A stretch of DNA of 64,000 nt from Eledone cirrhosa (lineage: Eukaryota). The translations under genes were made by a program, and so were the position numbers. Of this stretch, positions 34,331 to 49,067 are shown piece by piece (the stretch's first letter is position 1; each line of letters begins with the position of its first letter). The stretch covers positions 30,566,001 to 30,630,000 of the forward strand of contig OZ024756.1 of assembly GCA_964016885.1 (NCBI GenBank), in the 5' to 3' direction. Under the pieces are notes generated by a model that saw only the letters and a program-made list of their open reading frames with translations, had not been told where the DNA came from and made no database searches.

Positions 34331-34536
34331 TACACATGAAAGCCATGTGCAAGGGACTCATGTTCTCCAAACTTATTGAGAAATGGTGTGAAAAAAAGCA
34401 GAGGAAATGTCCGTATATTATTTTTTCTTAAACATTAGTTATGTTTTAAGACAAGAAAGCATGCAATGTTTTGTATTGTTAAGTATTTAAACGGCAATAA
34501 ACAGAGCATTCTATATACGCAAGAATATACATACAT

Positions 34537-34599
<63 letters not shown>

Positions 34600-34735
34600 A
34601 TATGATATATGATATATATATGTGTATATATGCTATACTATATATATATATATTATATTTATATATATATAATATATTATATATATTCATTTATGTATAA
34701 TATAGATATATATTTATATGAATATATATACATAT

Positions 34736-34766
<31 letters not shown>

Positions 34767-34814
34767 TATATATTTATAAGTATATATATATATAATATTA
34801 ATATATATTTATAA

Positions 34815-34863
<49 letters not shown>

Positions 34864-34961
34864 ATGTATTATATATATATCTTCATTTATATATAATATA
34901 GATATATATTTATATGTAAGTATATATATATATATATATATATATATGTAAATATATGTAA

Positions 34962-35042
<81 letters not shown>

Positions 35043-35261
35043 TAGGTGTGTGTATATAGATTTGTCCTTTTTTCTCTTTACCGTATTCAATAAATTCGAT
35101 TGTGAGAAAATTCATGTCTTCGTATGGAGGAATATATAAAAAATTATAGAAATATTTCGAGCAATCATTACCGGCTTATGTTTTATTCAGATATGTACCC
35201 ATATATATTTCCAAAACACGCATATATACATACATACACACACACACACACCCACACGCAA

Positions 35262-35312
<51 letters not shown>

Positions 35313-35830
35313 TAAATATAATATATATACATATATATATACATATATATTTATACAAATATATATATATATATATTTAGATGTATATATGTATACCTAT
35401 ATATATATATATTTAGATGTATATATGTATATGTATACATATATATATACATACATTACTAGCTTTATTTTATTAGTACGAGGCTATTGAACAGTTCCCA
35501 GAAACAAAACTATTGCAATGTATTAAACACGGAACAGAAAAAAAAATCACGAAAATAAGACAACATGGCGGATAAAAAGAAAATAACGAAAGAATACAAT
35601 ATGAGAGACGTGAAATAGTGAGAGAACACGAGAATGAAGGAGATAGATATAGAGATAGAGAGAATAGGAATGAGAGAGATGTAGAGGGAAGAGAAAGACA
35701 GCGAGATTGTGGTAAATAGATACAGAGTTATTGTCAGATATCAATAGAGAGTGAGTGAATGAGATAAATGAGGAGTAAGAGTAGAGAAAGTTGAACACAG
35801 AGACGCAACGAGAGAGAGAGAGAGAGATAG

Positions 35831-35868
<38 letters not shown>

Positions 35869-35918
35869 TGAGAGAGAGAGACATACACATAAGAGAGAGA
35901 GAGAGAGACATACACACA

Positions 35919-35953
<35 letters not shown>

Positions 35954-36064
35954 GAGAGACACACACACAAAGAGACAGGGACAAGAGAGAGAGAGAGAGA
36001 GAGAGAGAGTGAGAGAGATAGAGATATATAGAGTGAGAGAGAATGAGGGACAGAGAGAGAGATA

Positions 36065-36097
<33 letters not shown>

Positions 36098-36451
36098 GGG
36101 GGAGAGAGAGACTGAGCCAGAGAATGTAAGGTTGGTGTAATTTTGTATTGCTTAAGTTCATTTCGGTAATAAAACGGATGAAAAAGTTTGAAATCACAGA
36201 ACAGAATATATATTCAAGATAAGCAGGATTTATTAGCGATGGTCACATATTAATATATGTATATAAATATGTATATAAATATATATGTATATATGTATAT
36301 GTGTATCTATGTATGTATGTATAAATATTCATTTACCTACATATATATATATGTGTATATGTATTAACATATATATCCATGTTTATATGTATTAACATAT
36401 ATATCCATATATCTATTTATATATGTATATATGTATATATATATGTATATA

Positions 36452-36505
<54 letters not shown>

Positions 36506-36526
36506 TATATATATATATATATATAC

Positions 36527-36565
<39 letters not shown>

Positions 36566-36602
36566 AATATATACATACATACATATATATATACATACAT
36601 AC

Positions 36603-36640
<38 letters not shown>

Positions 36641-36643
<3 letters not shown>

Positions 36644-36733
36644 ATAATAATAAATTTGAAGACTAAAATCCAAAGAGGGCTCGATAAGGATAAATATATA
36701 TCAAATATATAAGAAGCGTAGAGCAAATATTTA
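36641..36733 (-). mobile_element. Family D tail-only insert
   Basis: Matches 58883-58976 and stops at the body/tail boundary. TA flanks. Confidence 0.75.
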
Positions 36734-36744
36734 TATATATATAC

Positions 36745-36815
<71 letters not shown>

Positions 36816-36960
36816 CATGCTTGAGTACAAACGAAAAAATGAACCCATCGGCACATAATTAAGGAGTTGATAATATTTACGTATTTACGTAACAGTTTGT
36901 TAAAAAAAGTGAAACTAAGTCTGATACATAGGTGTACCCTCATGCAATTATATATATATA

Positions 36961-37000
<40 letters not shown>

Positions 37001-37081
37001 ATATATAATATATATATGTAATATATATATAATTGTAGATATAGACACACAAACACACAGACACACACATATATATAAACG

Positions 37082-37130
<49 letters not shown>

Positions 37131-37313
37131 CCCACCACCACCGCACTCTCAAGAGCGTGAAACTAATAAACCTTTGTTCGTACTGCCTCTCTGTTTTGCT
37201 CCCGTTCAATTTTTTACTATATATATTCATATATATATATATTTACATATATATATATCTCTATATATATTTATAAGTATGTATATGTATATGTCGTTTC
37301 ATTCTTTTCCATT

Positions 37314-37353
<40 letters not shown>

Positions 37354-37449
37354 TAACGATCGACTTTCGTCAAATAGGACCGAGGGAACAATGTTTCCGT
37401 TGGTCTTTCCAATTGCTAATACTATCTATCGGTCGCAACTCCAGGTAGA

Positions 37450-37566
37450 AGGAACAACGTGAAATAAAGTGTCTTGCTCAAGGACATAACGCATCGCCTG
37501 GTCCAGGAATCGAACTCACAACCTTACGATTGCGAATCCGATTCTCTAACCACTCAGCCACACGCC
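37450..37566 (-). mobile_element. SINE family 2
   Basis: Reverse complement has GGCGTGTGGCTGAGTGGTTAGAG, GAGTTCGATTCC and GTCCTTGAGCAAGACACTT. Confidence 0.8.
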
Positions 37567-38159
37567 TTCATATATATACATATATTTATATATATATATG
37601 GAACCCAGTGTGTGCATACGTATTATTTAAGTTAAAGTATGTGACTATATGTATCAGATTACTTCTAACTCTGTAAAAAGTTCTGGCATGGTATCAAGAG
37701 TCTATTAACCACTGCTGTGAATCCTGCTTGTGTAATACCTCCCCTTCTTTTTTTAATATCGTATATGTATCCTTGCAATTATGATCCTGTAACACATTGG
37801 AAGTCTATCGTTAGCTTAAAAGAACAAAGTAGTATATGCTAGTGTATAGCTCTCTATACTGAATTGTGTATCCATCATATACGTATTTCTATTAGGTTGC
37901 TGTATTGATGTATCTGCTGATGAGTTTGTGTTCTTTTATTTCTAAATAACTTTGCAGTATATATGATTGCACTTAGCATTTCCATGTACACCCGTGAGCC
38001 TTACACATTATGGATCCTTTTGTATCTGTTTCTATAGAATTTCGTACAAGACAGTGAGCTGATCTTTTGCCTGTTGCAGTGTCATGTCAGAGGGTCAGCA
38101 CCTATTAATCCAGGGATGGTGTTTCATATTCAGTTTGTTTTATAAACTGTGGTGTGGAG

Positions 38160-38435
38160 ACATTCAAAACAGCCAAATGACTCATAGTATATCACAAAAG
38201 CTATATATGCACCTACCGGCCTATAGGAAATACTCTCGAAAACAGGATTCCTTAGAGGCATTCAACACAGCCAAATGACTCATAGTATATCACAAAAGAT
38301 ATATATGCACCTACCGGCCTATAGGAAATACTCTTCCTTAGAGGCATTCAACACAGCCAAATGAGTCAGAGTATCTGACAAAAGAGATATATGAAAATAA
38401 CAGCCATTAGAACATACTCTCGAAAACAGGATTCT
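38160..38435 (+). repeat. Tandem repeat, ~3 units of 85-100 bp
   Basis: CATTCAA.ACAGCCAAATGA.TCA.AGTAT recurs at about 38161, 38259 and 38345. Confidence 0.8.
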
Positions 38436-38668
38436 TTTAATAATCAGCGATATACTTCCTCGGACACGAATAAACAACCAACGTATAGGTGTGTATAGGT
38501 ATACAGGATAGGTATATGTAGTAATACGTTAAAAAATAGACATAAACACACACAAACACGCATAGTCAATAAAACTGATGTATATTATGTATAAGATACT
38601 TACATGGATACACACATTCAGTCATTCATACATAGATACATACATACATACATACGTACATACATACA

Positions 38669-38700
<32 letters not shown>

Positions 38701-38900
38701 CATAGATACATACATACGCTCTTGCATAGATACATACATACGAACGTACGTACAGCTAATCCTTTGACCGCAACCATGCAGTGATATCGCCTACATGCGT
38801 ATTATGCCGTATATTTCGGAATACCAAATCACACTCATGCCTACAGATACACGCACACATTCACTCACCCCACCACACACACACACACACAAATATAATA

Positions 38901-38942
<42 letters not shown>

Positions 38943-38946
38943 TGAG

Positions 38947-39042
38947 AGTGTGTCCCAAAAATGTACACACACTTCAACAGCATTCTAATAAGTATTGCCT
39001 GTATAGGTCATCAAGGTGTGTATATATTTTTGGGGACATCCT
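38947..39042. mobile_element. Small Tc1/mariner-like MITE
   Basis: Imperfect TIRs GTGTCCCAAAAATGTACACACAC / GTGTGTATATATTTTTGGGGACAT. Confidence 0.55.
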
Positions 39043-39198
<156 letters not shown>

Positions 39199-39805
39199 TA
39201 TATATTTACATATAATATAGAGGTCGACATATGCATACAATTGCATACTACTCTAATAGCTACACAAACAGCATGATATCTGGAAGACCGGAAACGTGAC
39301 ATTAACTATCTTTCATCGTGTTATGGTTAGGCCATTTGCAATTTTATTTGATTCGGTAAATAGCCATAGGAATATCAATTTCAAATAAATACGCCATACA
39401 ATTTATTATCCCTGGAGATAATCGCAATATGCTACATATTGTGTAATGCATATAACTATCACCACTGCCGTTTTGGGTTGTTGTTTAGCCATAGGTGAAA
39501 CCTAATCAAGCAGATCTATGATACTACGATGAAAAGCATTCTAGTTATGGCACTCCCATCTTTGCTCTAGACACAGCGCACCCATAACCGCATTATCAAA
39601 TCTCGCTTTCAAATAAAAATGAAATGAAATGAAATGGAATTTACAGTTCACACCTATACAGGTGTGTCTAGTGTACTACGAGGTTGTAATTCATAAGAAA
39701 TTTTTTAGGTGAATTAATGATAGAGACTAGATATGTGATTATATAAATAGTTATACCGACCCTGTTCGTACCGCACTCCTTGTTTTTGTTTTGTTCCTTG
39801 CCAAC

Positions 39806-39919
<114 letters not shown>

Positions 39920-40683
39920 ATGCAACATTTAGCGAAGATGTTCTTTATTCTTGTCTGTGATAAACACACCCACACATGACGCACACACATACACACGCAC
40001 ACACACACACAGAGACACGCATACACACACATACACACACACACACAGCCCATTCAGAGACACACAGAGATAGAGTGGTGTACACTCATATGTATATATG
40101 TATGAATGCTTGTATGTATATATATATATATATATATATACATTCGTATGGAAGTACTTAGATATATATATGTCCATATTTGTATGTGTGTATTTATGTG
40201 CGTATATGTATTTGTGTATGTGTATCTATGTGTATAGGTCTCTGTGTATATGTGTATGTGTTTTGGGTGTGTGTTGAGTTAAATTGTTAAGCGTATATAA
40301 TTATTGGGCATCGTAATATTTCTATTGTGATGGCACAAGAAGGAAGATCGGTGTCTTTTACAAACCAGTTCGTTCAAGTTCAGGCCAGACAAGACTAGAC
40401 ATCGAAGTGTTGATATAATTATCGTGATCAGTTCGATTAGCTTTAGATAGCGTTTAACGATCATGTTCATTATAGGGTCTAATTGAATTCAAATTCACCA
40501 GACACTCACCTAGGCTTGTATATAGACAATGAAATGCAAAATGGGTTAGTAATTGTACACGTTTAATAAGGTTTATGCGCCGTATAACACGCATCGAGTG
40601 CTAACTCACGAGTTCAACGTTTAGACAGACATATATGCATTAATCAAATCTACATGTACGTGCGTATGTATGTAGATGCTTAA

Positions 40684-40780
<97 letters not shown>

Positions 40781-41105
40781 CATACATAGGTAGAATTGAG
40801 TAACCTTTTATTCTCCTTCCCTTCATCCTTCACACTGTTGTTCATATACATGCCAGCGTATATACATACATACTTGCATACGTACATACATACACACACA
40901 CACATAAACACACACATTACACAGACATATATATATATATATATACATACATATATATATACATACATATATATATATATATATATATCATAAATCATGT
41001 CTTTAGAATCATCAGATATTAAATATATACTATTTCTTCTTCTAATTAGCATAATTAACGATATACAAAATCAAATCAAATATATATATATATGTATATA
41101 TCAAC

Positions 41106-41163
<58 letters not shown>

Positions 41164-41413
41164 TATACGTGTGTGTATATATGTATATATATATATATAT
41201 ATATATGCGTGTGTGTGTGCGTATGTGTGTGTGTGTTTGTGTGTATGTGTGTGTGCGTGCGTGTGTTTGCATGTGTGTATATGCGTGAATATTCATGTGT
41301 GTATCAGATGCTATTATCAGGATTGCAATGATTAAAATTCATCCAAACGATAAAAGCATTATTTTTATTAAACCGTCCACTCTAAGAAATTTCACTTGTA
41401 GATTTATATTGCG

Positions 41414-41471
<58 letters not shown>

Positions 41472-41565
41472 CATCATCATCAGCAGTAGTAGTAGTAGTA
41501 GTAGTAGTAGCAGCAGCAGTAGTAGTTGTAGTAGTAGTAGTAGTAGTAGTAGTAGAAGTAGTACC

Positions 41566-41645
<80 letters not shown>

Positions 41646-42343
41646 TGTAGTAGTTGTAGTAGTAATAGTATTAATAGTAGTAGTAGTAGTAGTAGTGATA
41701 TATTATCCTATCGTGGAATGGTCTGTTTTTAAAGCCTGTCGCCATAACGGATTTAATCTAATTCCATTTATTAGCATTCAGCAATTTGTACCATTTCCCA
41801 AAGATATCGTCTGTTTATATTAGTCCTATTAATATAAGAAACCATTGCAACAGATCGGAAATTGAGTAAGACGCTAGTGTAACTATCTAGGCATTGTTAC
41901 TTCCCTTTGGAAATTTTACAAGTCGTTTAATGGCTGCCAATTGTCTGTCTTCTGTTGCAATGGATTGATTGAATAGAAAATTTAGATACTGGCCGCCGAC
42001 ATTTTAATGAATGGGTTTTCCATTTGGATGTTACAATAAAATTTCTTCACGCGCTTTTCTAATAAATAGAAAGATAATTATTTGAAACTTGAAACCCATC
42101 TGGTCTCTTAGTAGCAACAACAATTAAAATATCACGGCCATTCTTTCTGAAGGATACTTTATAATATAAATTAAAATATAATATTCTGCGACACATATTA
42201 CATTGGATTGACCTCTTGCTGATATAATGATATCATACATTGAACAGGGTAGATATTACTCATTGGACTATCGACTACCCATATCCACCCTACCCCTTCA
42301 CATATATACATATTATATATTTTATATATATATATATATTTTA

Positions 42344-42387
<44 letters not shown>

Positions 42388-42389
<2 letters not shown>

Positions 42390-42596
42390 CGAAGGAAATG
42401 TGGTAAGGAACCAGGTGGACCATAACGCACCAAAGTACTCAATACTTGAGGTAGTAGAGTGGGTAATAGGAACCAGTAAGACCCCGAGAGCTGAGCTCAA
42501 GCCGTTTCGACGGCTAATTCTGAACGCTAATTCGACGGCTAATTCAGAATTAGCCGTCGAAACGGCTTGAGCTCAGCTGTCGGGGTCTTACTGGTT

Positions 42597-42599
<3 letters not shown>
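42388..42599. mobile_element. Family B foldback element
   Basis: Tail on the left, stuttered GCTAATTC centre, right arm ends CTGGTTCCT into (TA)n. Confidence 0.8.
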
Positions 42600-42660
<61 letters not shown>

Positions 42661-42663
<3 letters not shown>

Positions 42664-42851
42664 CATATGTAGTTTAGAAAGCCACAACAATGTAGATGGG
42701 AAATCTCGAGGTAGGAAGTGAGTGAGAAATTTTCACTTTTCTCCTATTTCTCACTCACTATTTCTCCTATTTTTCCCATCTGCATTGTTGTGGCTTTCTA
42801 AACTACATATTTTACACATTTCACAATGCTTCAAGCAAACTTTAACACCCT

Positions 42852-42854
<3 letters not shown>
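42661..42854. mobile_element. Family J foldback element (relative of family I)
   Basis: Arms ATATGTAGTTTAGAAAGCCACAACAATG.AGATGGGAAA / TTTCCCATCTGCATTGTTGTGGCTTTCTAAACTACATAT. Tail CACAATGCTTCAAGCAAACTTTAACAC. TA flanks. Confidence 0.7.
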
Positions 42855-42904
<50 letters not shown>

Positions 42905-43074
42905 TTTTTTCATTGATTTGGTATTAAGTGGATAGTCTTACCTGCTGCAATTTTAAATTTGTCAAGCTGTCTAACGTATGTTATTACTCTAAAGTCAAAC
43001 AACCTTATCGTCTGCTTTGCTGCACATTCCTAATTGCATATCTTTAGCTTGGCCACAGCCAAAACCTAGATTTT

Positions 43075-43147
<73 letters not shown>

Positions 43148-43529
43148 ATGTATGTATAGATATACACAAAACAGGGCAATGTAATGTTTTACCCAATGTA
43201 TTTTACCAATCAGACACAGCCTGTCACACCTTCAAGGAATCGAACTTGTGAACATATGATTCTGAACCCGATGAAATAATCTCCACGTCACGCGCTATTA
43301 CTAGATATTTATAATTTATGCACAATGCCAGGAATTTTTAGGAGCCGAAAAATCGATAAAATTCGATCCAGTAATTTGGCTGGTGCATATAAAGTGTGAC
43401 CACAAAAACATTCCTTGATTTCAAATACTTATAATATGAAAACTTAAATGAATATTCTTACAATATTGGGGCTACAGCTGCATAAACTAACAGTCTCATG
43501 GAGTATTGATTGATATCATATACACTAGA

Positions 43530-43757
43530 TGTGTGTGTGTGTGCCTCTTTGGTTGCTTGGCAAACATCAATACGATAATGAAGCTCAGTACAGACTCTTT
43601 GCGGCATATCCGGCGTAATCGCGTATTAAGCTTCAGTGATGCATTCCTGAAGAGGATCCAGAGTCGCAGGTAGTGGAGGTACATAAACGTTTGCTTTGAC
43701 ACGTCCCCATAGGAAAAAGTCACAAACAGTTAAGACTGGTGATCTCGGAGGCCATTT
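43530..43757 (-). pseudogene. Tc1/mariner-superfamily transposase C-terminal remnant
   Basis: My translation in a frame not given in the ORF track: KWPPRSPVLTVCDFFLWGRVKANVYVPPLPATLDPLQECITEA*YAITPDMPQRVCTELHYRIDVCQATKEAH. This matches the WPPRSPDLxPxDFFLWG motif, with one internal stop. Confidence 0.85.
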
Positions 43758-43802
43758 GCAAAACACCTGGTCATGTTATTTTATATACTGTATATAGGAT
43801 GA

Positions 43803-43997
43803 AGGATTGGCAGTATCATTAGAGAGTCGGACACCATGCTTTGCAGCATGGAGTTCTGATTTCAAATCTCGCCGAGGTTAACTTTCCTTTCCATCCTTAC
43901 GGGGTCGATAAAATAAAGCACCAGTAACGTACTGGGGTCGATTTAATCGACTTACCCCTTTCCCTAAATTACTGGCCTTGTGCCCATACTAGAAATC
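43803..43997 (+). mobile_element. SINE family 1, near full length
   Basis: GGATTGGCAGTATC..TTCAAATCTCGCCGAGG..CATCCTTACGGGGTCGATAAAATAAAG..GTCGATTTAATCGAC..GGCCTTGTGCC. Confidence 0.85.
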
Positions 43998-44578
43998 ATT
44001 GTTGAGTACCTCTCCTTTTTATATGTGGACGTATGAATGTGTATATGTGTGCCGGCTGGCTGTTTGTGTGTCTACATACGGGTATATATGTGGTTGGGTT
44101 CACGCATGCGTATGACTGCAGTATTACTGGCCGTGTGTCTATACTAGAAATCATTATACACAATATATGGATGAAAGACAAGCGAGATCTCAGTGAGATT
44201 TGAACTTTGAATAAATAGTGAAGAAAAAAAATTGTCTTAAGTTTAAAATCGTCGGGTAATGTACAAACCTACCTTCACATTTTATGAAATTATATCTATA
44301 ACAGCGTCCAGGAATACAATAATATAACACAATACGTTTATATTAGTATACTGTGTTGGAGATTGTATATATTCTTCTCTTTCCAAAAACGAAATATTGG
44401 CTTCACTTCTATTAAGTCTATTCTGTAGAATAAATAAATCGCCTACTAAATAACCTCACATATTAAGTATACTTACCGGATTGTAGACAAACGTGTTTCA
44501 TAACGATAGATAAAACAGATGTAATTACAAGTTGAAGTAGTTATGAAAGACTGTATAATACTGTAGCCATAGATGCAA

Positions 44579-44626
<48 letters not shown>

Positions 44627-44752
44627 TCTCATACACACACCTGCGCTTACACTTACATACAAATATATGTATATGTATGCGTATATATGATTGTGTGTGT
44701 ACACACACACACGCGCGCACGCGCATATATATATATGGGTATAGATGGTTTT

Positions 44753-44790
<38 letters not shown>

Positions 44791-44857
44791 TCATACTTAT
44801 ATATGTGTATATACATGAGTATATGCATACATGCATATATATATACATATGTACACC

Positions 44858-44889
<32 letters not shown>

Positions 44890-44892
44890 TAT

Positions 44893-45078
44893 AGGAACAA
44901 GTAGGATCCCGACGGCTGAGCTCAAGCCATTTCGACGCCTAATTCTCTATTAGCCGTCGAAACGGCTTGAGCTCAGCCGTCGGGGTCCCACTCGTTCCTA
45001 TTACCCACTCTACTACCCTAAGTATTGAGTACTTTGGTGCGTTATGGTCCATCTGGTTCTTACCACATTTGCTTCGTT
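44893..45078. mobile_element. Family B foldback element (tail on right)
   Basis: Arms about 44893-44943 and 44949-44999, tail 45000-45078 with ACTC (45007) and GAGT (45027). Confidence 0.8.
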
Positions 45079-45144
45079 ATATATATATGTATATATATAT
45101 ATGTAAATATATATATATATCGATATATATATATACATATATGT

Positions 45145-45175
<31 letters not shown>

Positions 45176-45438
45176 TATATAGTTATCAGTGTACATATAT
45201 ATTTGTCCCACATCACTAGGAGATTAAAAGTAGTTACGTTGCATAGTAAAAAGGAATCAAAATTTCCGACTGTGTATATAAGCACTCAGTGAGATAATAA
45301 TCAGCAGAACTGAGTCTGGCAATATTCCCGTTTAGAGACAAAGAGAGAAGTAAGACTAAAATACAATATAATACATTATAATCATAAATGATTATATCTA
45401 ACTTTCTATCTATCTAACTTTCTATCTATATTATTTAT

Positions 45439-46019
45439 TCCGGGCGTGGCTGATCTGTGGGGCTACGCCGAACGACTGCTGTCGCGGGTGGCGCCGATTC
45501 GATTGACCGCCGAGTCCGTGATGACAATCAAGCCGCCTCCCCTCTTCACAAAGGAAGCAAAGGCGGTTTTTCTGTGCGTAATAGCCATGTTGAAAGAGGT
45601 TGTTTGGTGGACACGATTGAAAGGTCTGAGGTCAGGCAACTTCCTCTCTGGCCATAGTCTGGTCTACTTCTTCCGATATCACTTCGGAAGAAGGATAAGA
45701 ATGGAGAGAGAGGTGCTTGGCCACAGGCAGTTTTATGAAAGGTGGGTGATAGTGGCGAGAATGGCTCGTGTAAATGGGCGTTCTCTGTATACCATCCTGT
45801 AGGTAAAGAAGTGAAGGAGAGGGGAGCACCTTCTCCATGTGCTCCCCAGGCAAAGGATTGCACACTTTTTCGGGGGGGGGGGTTCAACCCCATCACGTCC
45901 CCTCCTTTTTTAGGTTGTTTTCGATTATTTTCATTTTATACCCTTTTTACTCGATTTTATGTAAATTCCCCCTTTGTATTTGTCCCTTCTTTTTATGCCT
46001 TTATGGTAAATAAAGAAAT
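45439..46019 (+). mobile_element. Third Tx1/L1-like 3' fragment
   Basis: ORF 45446-45802 (ADLWGYAERLLSRV..EVVWWTRLKGLRSG..VARMARVNG) is homologous to the 27671 copy, with the same 3' end. CTAT-like flanks. Confidence 0.85.
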
Positions 46020-46049
46020 ATATCTACATTATTTATAACTCATCGGCGG

Positions 46050-46233
46050 TTGATTGGCAGTATCGGTAGAACGTCAGACGCCAGGATTTGCAGCATAGAG
46101 TTATGGCCCTTTTCGTTCTGAGTTGAAATTCCGCCGAGGTTATCTTTGCCTTTCCTCCTTACCGGCTCGATAAAATAAAGTACCAGTAATGCACTGGTGT
46201 AATTCTTGGCCTTGTGCCAAAAGTAGAAACAAT
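46050..46233 (+). mobile_element. SINE family 1
   Basis: A/B boxes, core and 3' end as in the other family 1 copies. Confidence 0.85.
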
Positions 46234-46363
46234 AATAAAGGAATCTATCTTTCTATATTGGCTATCACACTCATTCTCTTTCTCTCTCTCTCTGTTTATA
46301 TAAATACATATATATATATATATGTATATATATATATGTATATATGTATATTTTACACGTGAC

Positions 46364-46473
46364 AGTTCTAATCATGTAGAAGCCATTTCGATAATAAATC
46401 CTGATGTTTACACTCAACTAATATATTGAGTACCTTATTTAATACAGTTACCCTCTATTTCACTCATTATCTA
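46364..46473 (+). mobile_element. Diverged family C copy with body and tail colinear
   Basis: ACAGTTCTAATCATGTAGAAGCCATTTC followed directly by ..ACTCAACTAATATATTGAGTACCTTA, which shows the un-inverted order. Confidence 0.55.
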
Positions 46474-46490
46474 CACACACGCGAGCGAGA

Positions 46491-46534
<44 letters not shown>

Positions 46535-46571
46535 TTATATACGTCTAGAAATAGTAGCTAATTATTCTACA

Positions 46572-46691
46572 TTTGCATTGTTTCTTTCCAGGGACTATGT
46601 TGTAAAATAAACCTTATTTCGTCATTCAATGAAAGTATCTTGTTCAGCATATGACCTTTTTTGCCTATGAACTCTTCCATTGACCCTCGTA
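46572..46691 (-). mobile_element. Mariner-type MITE end
   Basis: Minus strand TACGAGGGTCAATGGAAGAGTTCATAGGC..AAATAAGGTTTATTTTACAACATAGT matches 17210-17310. Confidence 0.65.
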
Positions 46692-46950
46692 TAAATCATA
46701 TCTTTATTCATATATAATCAAACGATATTTGTACTGAAATAACACAAGTAACCTACCAACTATCTTTGCATATTTGTTGGTATTTTATCTATCGATCTCG
46801 AAAGGATGAACATCAAATTTGACCTTGTTCAAATTTCCGCTCAAAAGGTATCGACCCAGAGTCTATACCACAAAGCATTAGTCCAACACTCTCAATCCTC
46901 ACCCCTTACTTCAGATTATATAATACAATGTGCATTGTAGTGTGAATTTC

Positions 46951-47172
46951 ACTATCGTCCCCGACTTGTGTGTGTTCCTTCGCTCGTAAACAGGCCAGAA
47001 TTCATTATTGGCTAGCTAGCGTGATGTTTGGCAAAACTGATTTCGTTGCTAGTTCTAGCCGGCCAAACTACAGCGTATACTATCTATCGTCCCCCCAGTT
47101 GTGTGCGTTCCTTCGCTCGTAAGCACGCCAGAATGCATTATTGGCTAGCTAGTGTGATGATTGGGAAATCTG
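46951..47172 (+). repeat. Tandem duplication, ~130-bp period
   Basis: CTATCGTCCCC..GTTCCTTCGCTCGTAA..GCCAGAAT.CATTATTGGCTAGCTAG occurs twice. Confidence 0.85.
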
Positions 47173-47604
47173 AAATAATTAGATTTTATACACTGTTTCC
47201 TTCATATCTTTACAAATATAAATAAATATTATATCAGCGTTTATATAAAATATATATCTTTTGTCTAGGCCCATTGCCAAAGTTAATATAATCGTAAAAC
47301 ATTTGTCATTAACATTTTAATGAGTGTGTCTGACCAGCATTAATATCACATCGCTACTTGGCATTTCATGACACCAATCAAATTTCAATGCCCTAAATTA
47401 TAGCCCTCTTCGAACTTCTATTAAGAATTTATGTTGGTGCCAATTAACAACCGACACTTCAAAACGTACTGTGGTTTTCAAAATCAGCTATCGATTTTCT
47501 TAAAAAAAATATCAAGCATAAATAAAAAAAAATAATCATGGTTACTATATTACAGGTGGCCTCTATATTTGATGAAATTCTCGTCAGTATATTCCTGGTG
47601 TTCA

Positions 47605-47945
47605 GGCACGTTAGTTTAATGGTTGAGATATTTGGTTCACTATCGTAAGGTCATGGGTTCGATTATCAGACCGGGTAATATGTGGGGTAATTGATCAAGT
47701 AACTTTATTTTATGTTGATTAAGTTCACTCAGTTGAAACCGTCACGTTGATACTGTTAACTCAACCGAAACCGCCATGTTGCTTCAAATCATTCAGCTGA
47801 AACCATCACCATGGTGCAGTTCTTTTAGCTAAAACGTCGCGTTCATCCAGTTCAGTCAGCCGAAACATTCACAATGATCTAGTTCATTCTGCTAACGTAT
47901 TCCCTTTGCTACAGTCCATTCAGGTTAAAATAGGTACCGGCAGTA
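47605..47945 (+). mobile_element. SINE family 2 with internally amplified ~30-bp unit
   Basis: tRNA-like head (GGGTTCGATT), then about 8 diverged copies of the TCACGTTGCTCCAGTTCACTCAGCTGAAA segment, resuming at TAGGTACCGGCAGTAGC. Confidence 0.65.
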
Positions 47946-48480
47946 GCAGCTGTGGCTGTGGCTTAGTTTTGCTGGAGGTAAGCGTCTGGTCATATACTTT
48001 CAGTCCCTTAGTGGTCATACAAAAATGGGATAGGCCACATTATATGGTGCCTCAATTTAATGTGAAAATGGTGGTGGATTCGAAAACTATAACTTTCTTT
48101 TTCTTTTTCTTTTTCTTTTTCTTTTTCTTTTTCTTTTTCTGCACACATACTTTTTTGCTCTATACAAAAAATACCCTACCACTACAACCACCATAATACT
48201 CTTGCTTACCCGCTTAAAGTGCTTGCATTACATGCGACACCTTGCCACACAATAATCGTATATAAATGAGACACACTTGCATGCTCCATGTGTGACTAAC
48301 GCATACACTATCTACTAGATCTGATTATCAAACTAGCCTTTTACATTATCTGTGTTATCTGCCGCATGTATTTTAGTGTTAATTTTAATTTTGATTTTGA
48401 TTTTCTGTACAAAAATAGTATAGTATAATATATGTCACTCCACTGTACATCAATATATATATATATGTATCTGCGTTGAA

Positions 48481-48591
48481 TAGGAGGTCAATTATATGTA
48501 CAAGCATTGAAAAGTGCTCCTAAGACTCCAAGCCTAGGTTTGGATGAAACAATTGTAAGTGAATAAATGCTTTGGACATAGTTTTGATTCT

Positions 48592-48600
<9 letters not shown>
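48481..48600. mobile_element. Degenerate Penelope-like foldback, family M
   Basis: ATGTACAAGCATT / AATGCTTTGGACAT inverted. CCTAAGAC-TCCAAGCCTAGGTTTGGA-TGAAACAATTG resembles a decayed hammerhead. Followed by (TC)n(TA)n. Confidence 0.4.
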
Positions 48601-48683
<83 letters not shown>

Positions 48684-49067
48684 TATAACTATATGTACAT
48701 AGTTACTACCCACATTTTATCAGATCATCTGAATCAATTTTATTGTTCTACGTACCGCTTATTTCGGAAAGGAGAAATTGAAAATAATAATTTAAAAAAA
48801 AATTACAAATAAATAAATAAATCATATATAAATATATGAAAGAATAGACAATTGAATATATGCCAGAGTTGCCAATAAAACATAGAAGGTGTTTAAAGGA
48901 AAACAAAAGAGTAAAGAGTTGAATACGCCTTCTTCTCCTCCATCGCATCATCATCATCATCATCATAATCATTATCATCATCATCATCATCATCATCATT
49001 ATCAGCAGTAGCAGTAGTAGCATCTACATCATTATCTTCATCGTCGTTATTTACGTCGTCATCACCA

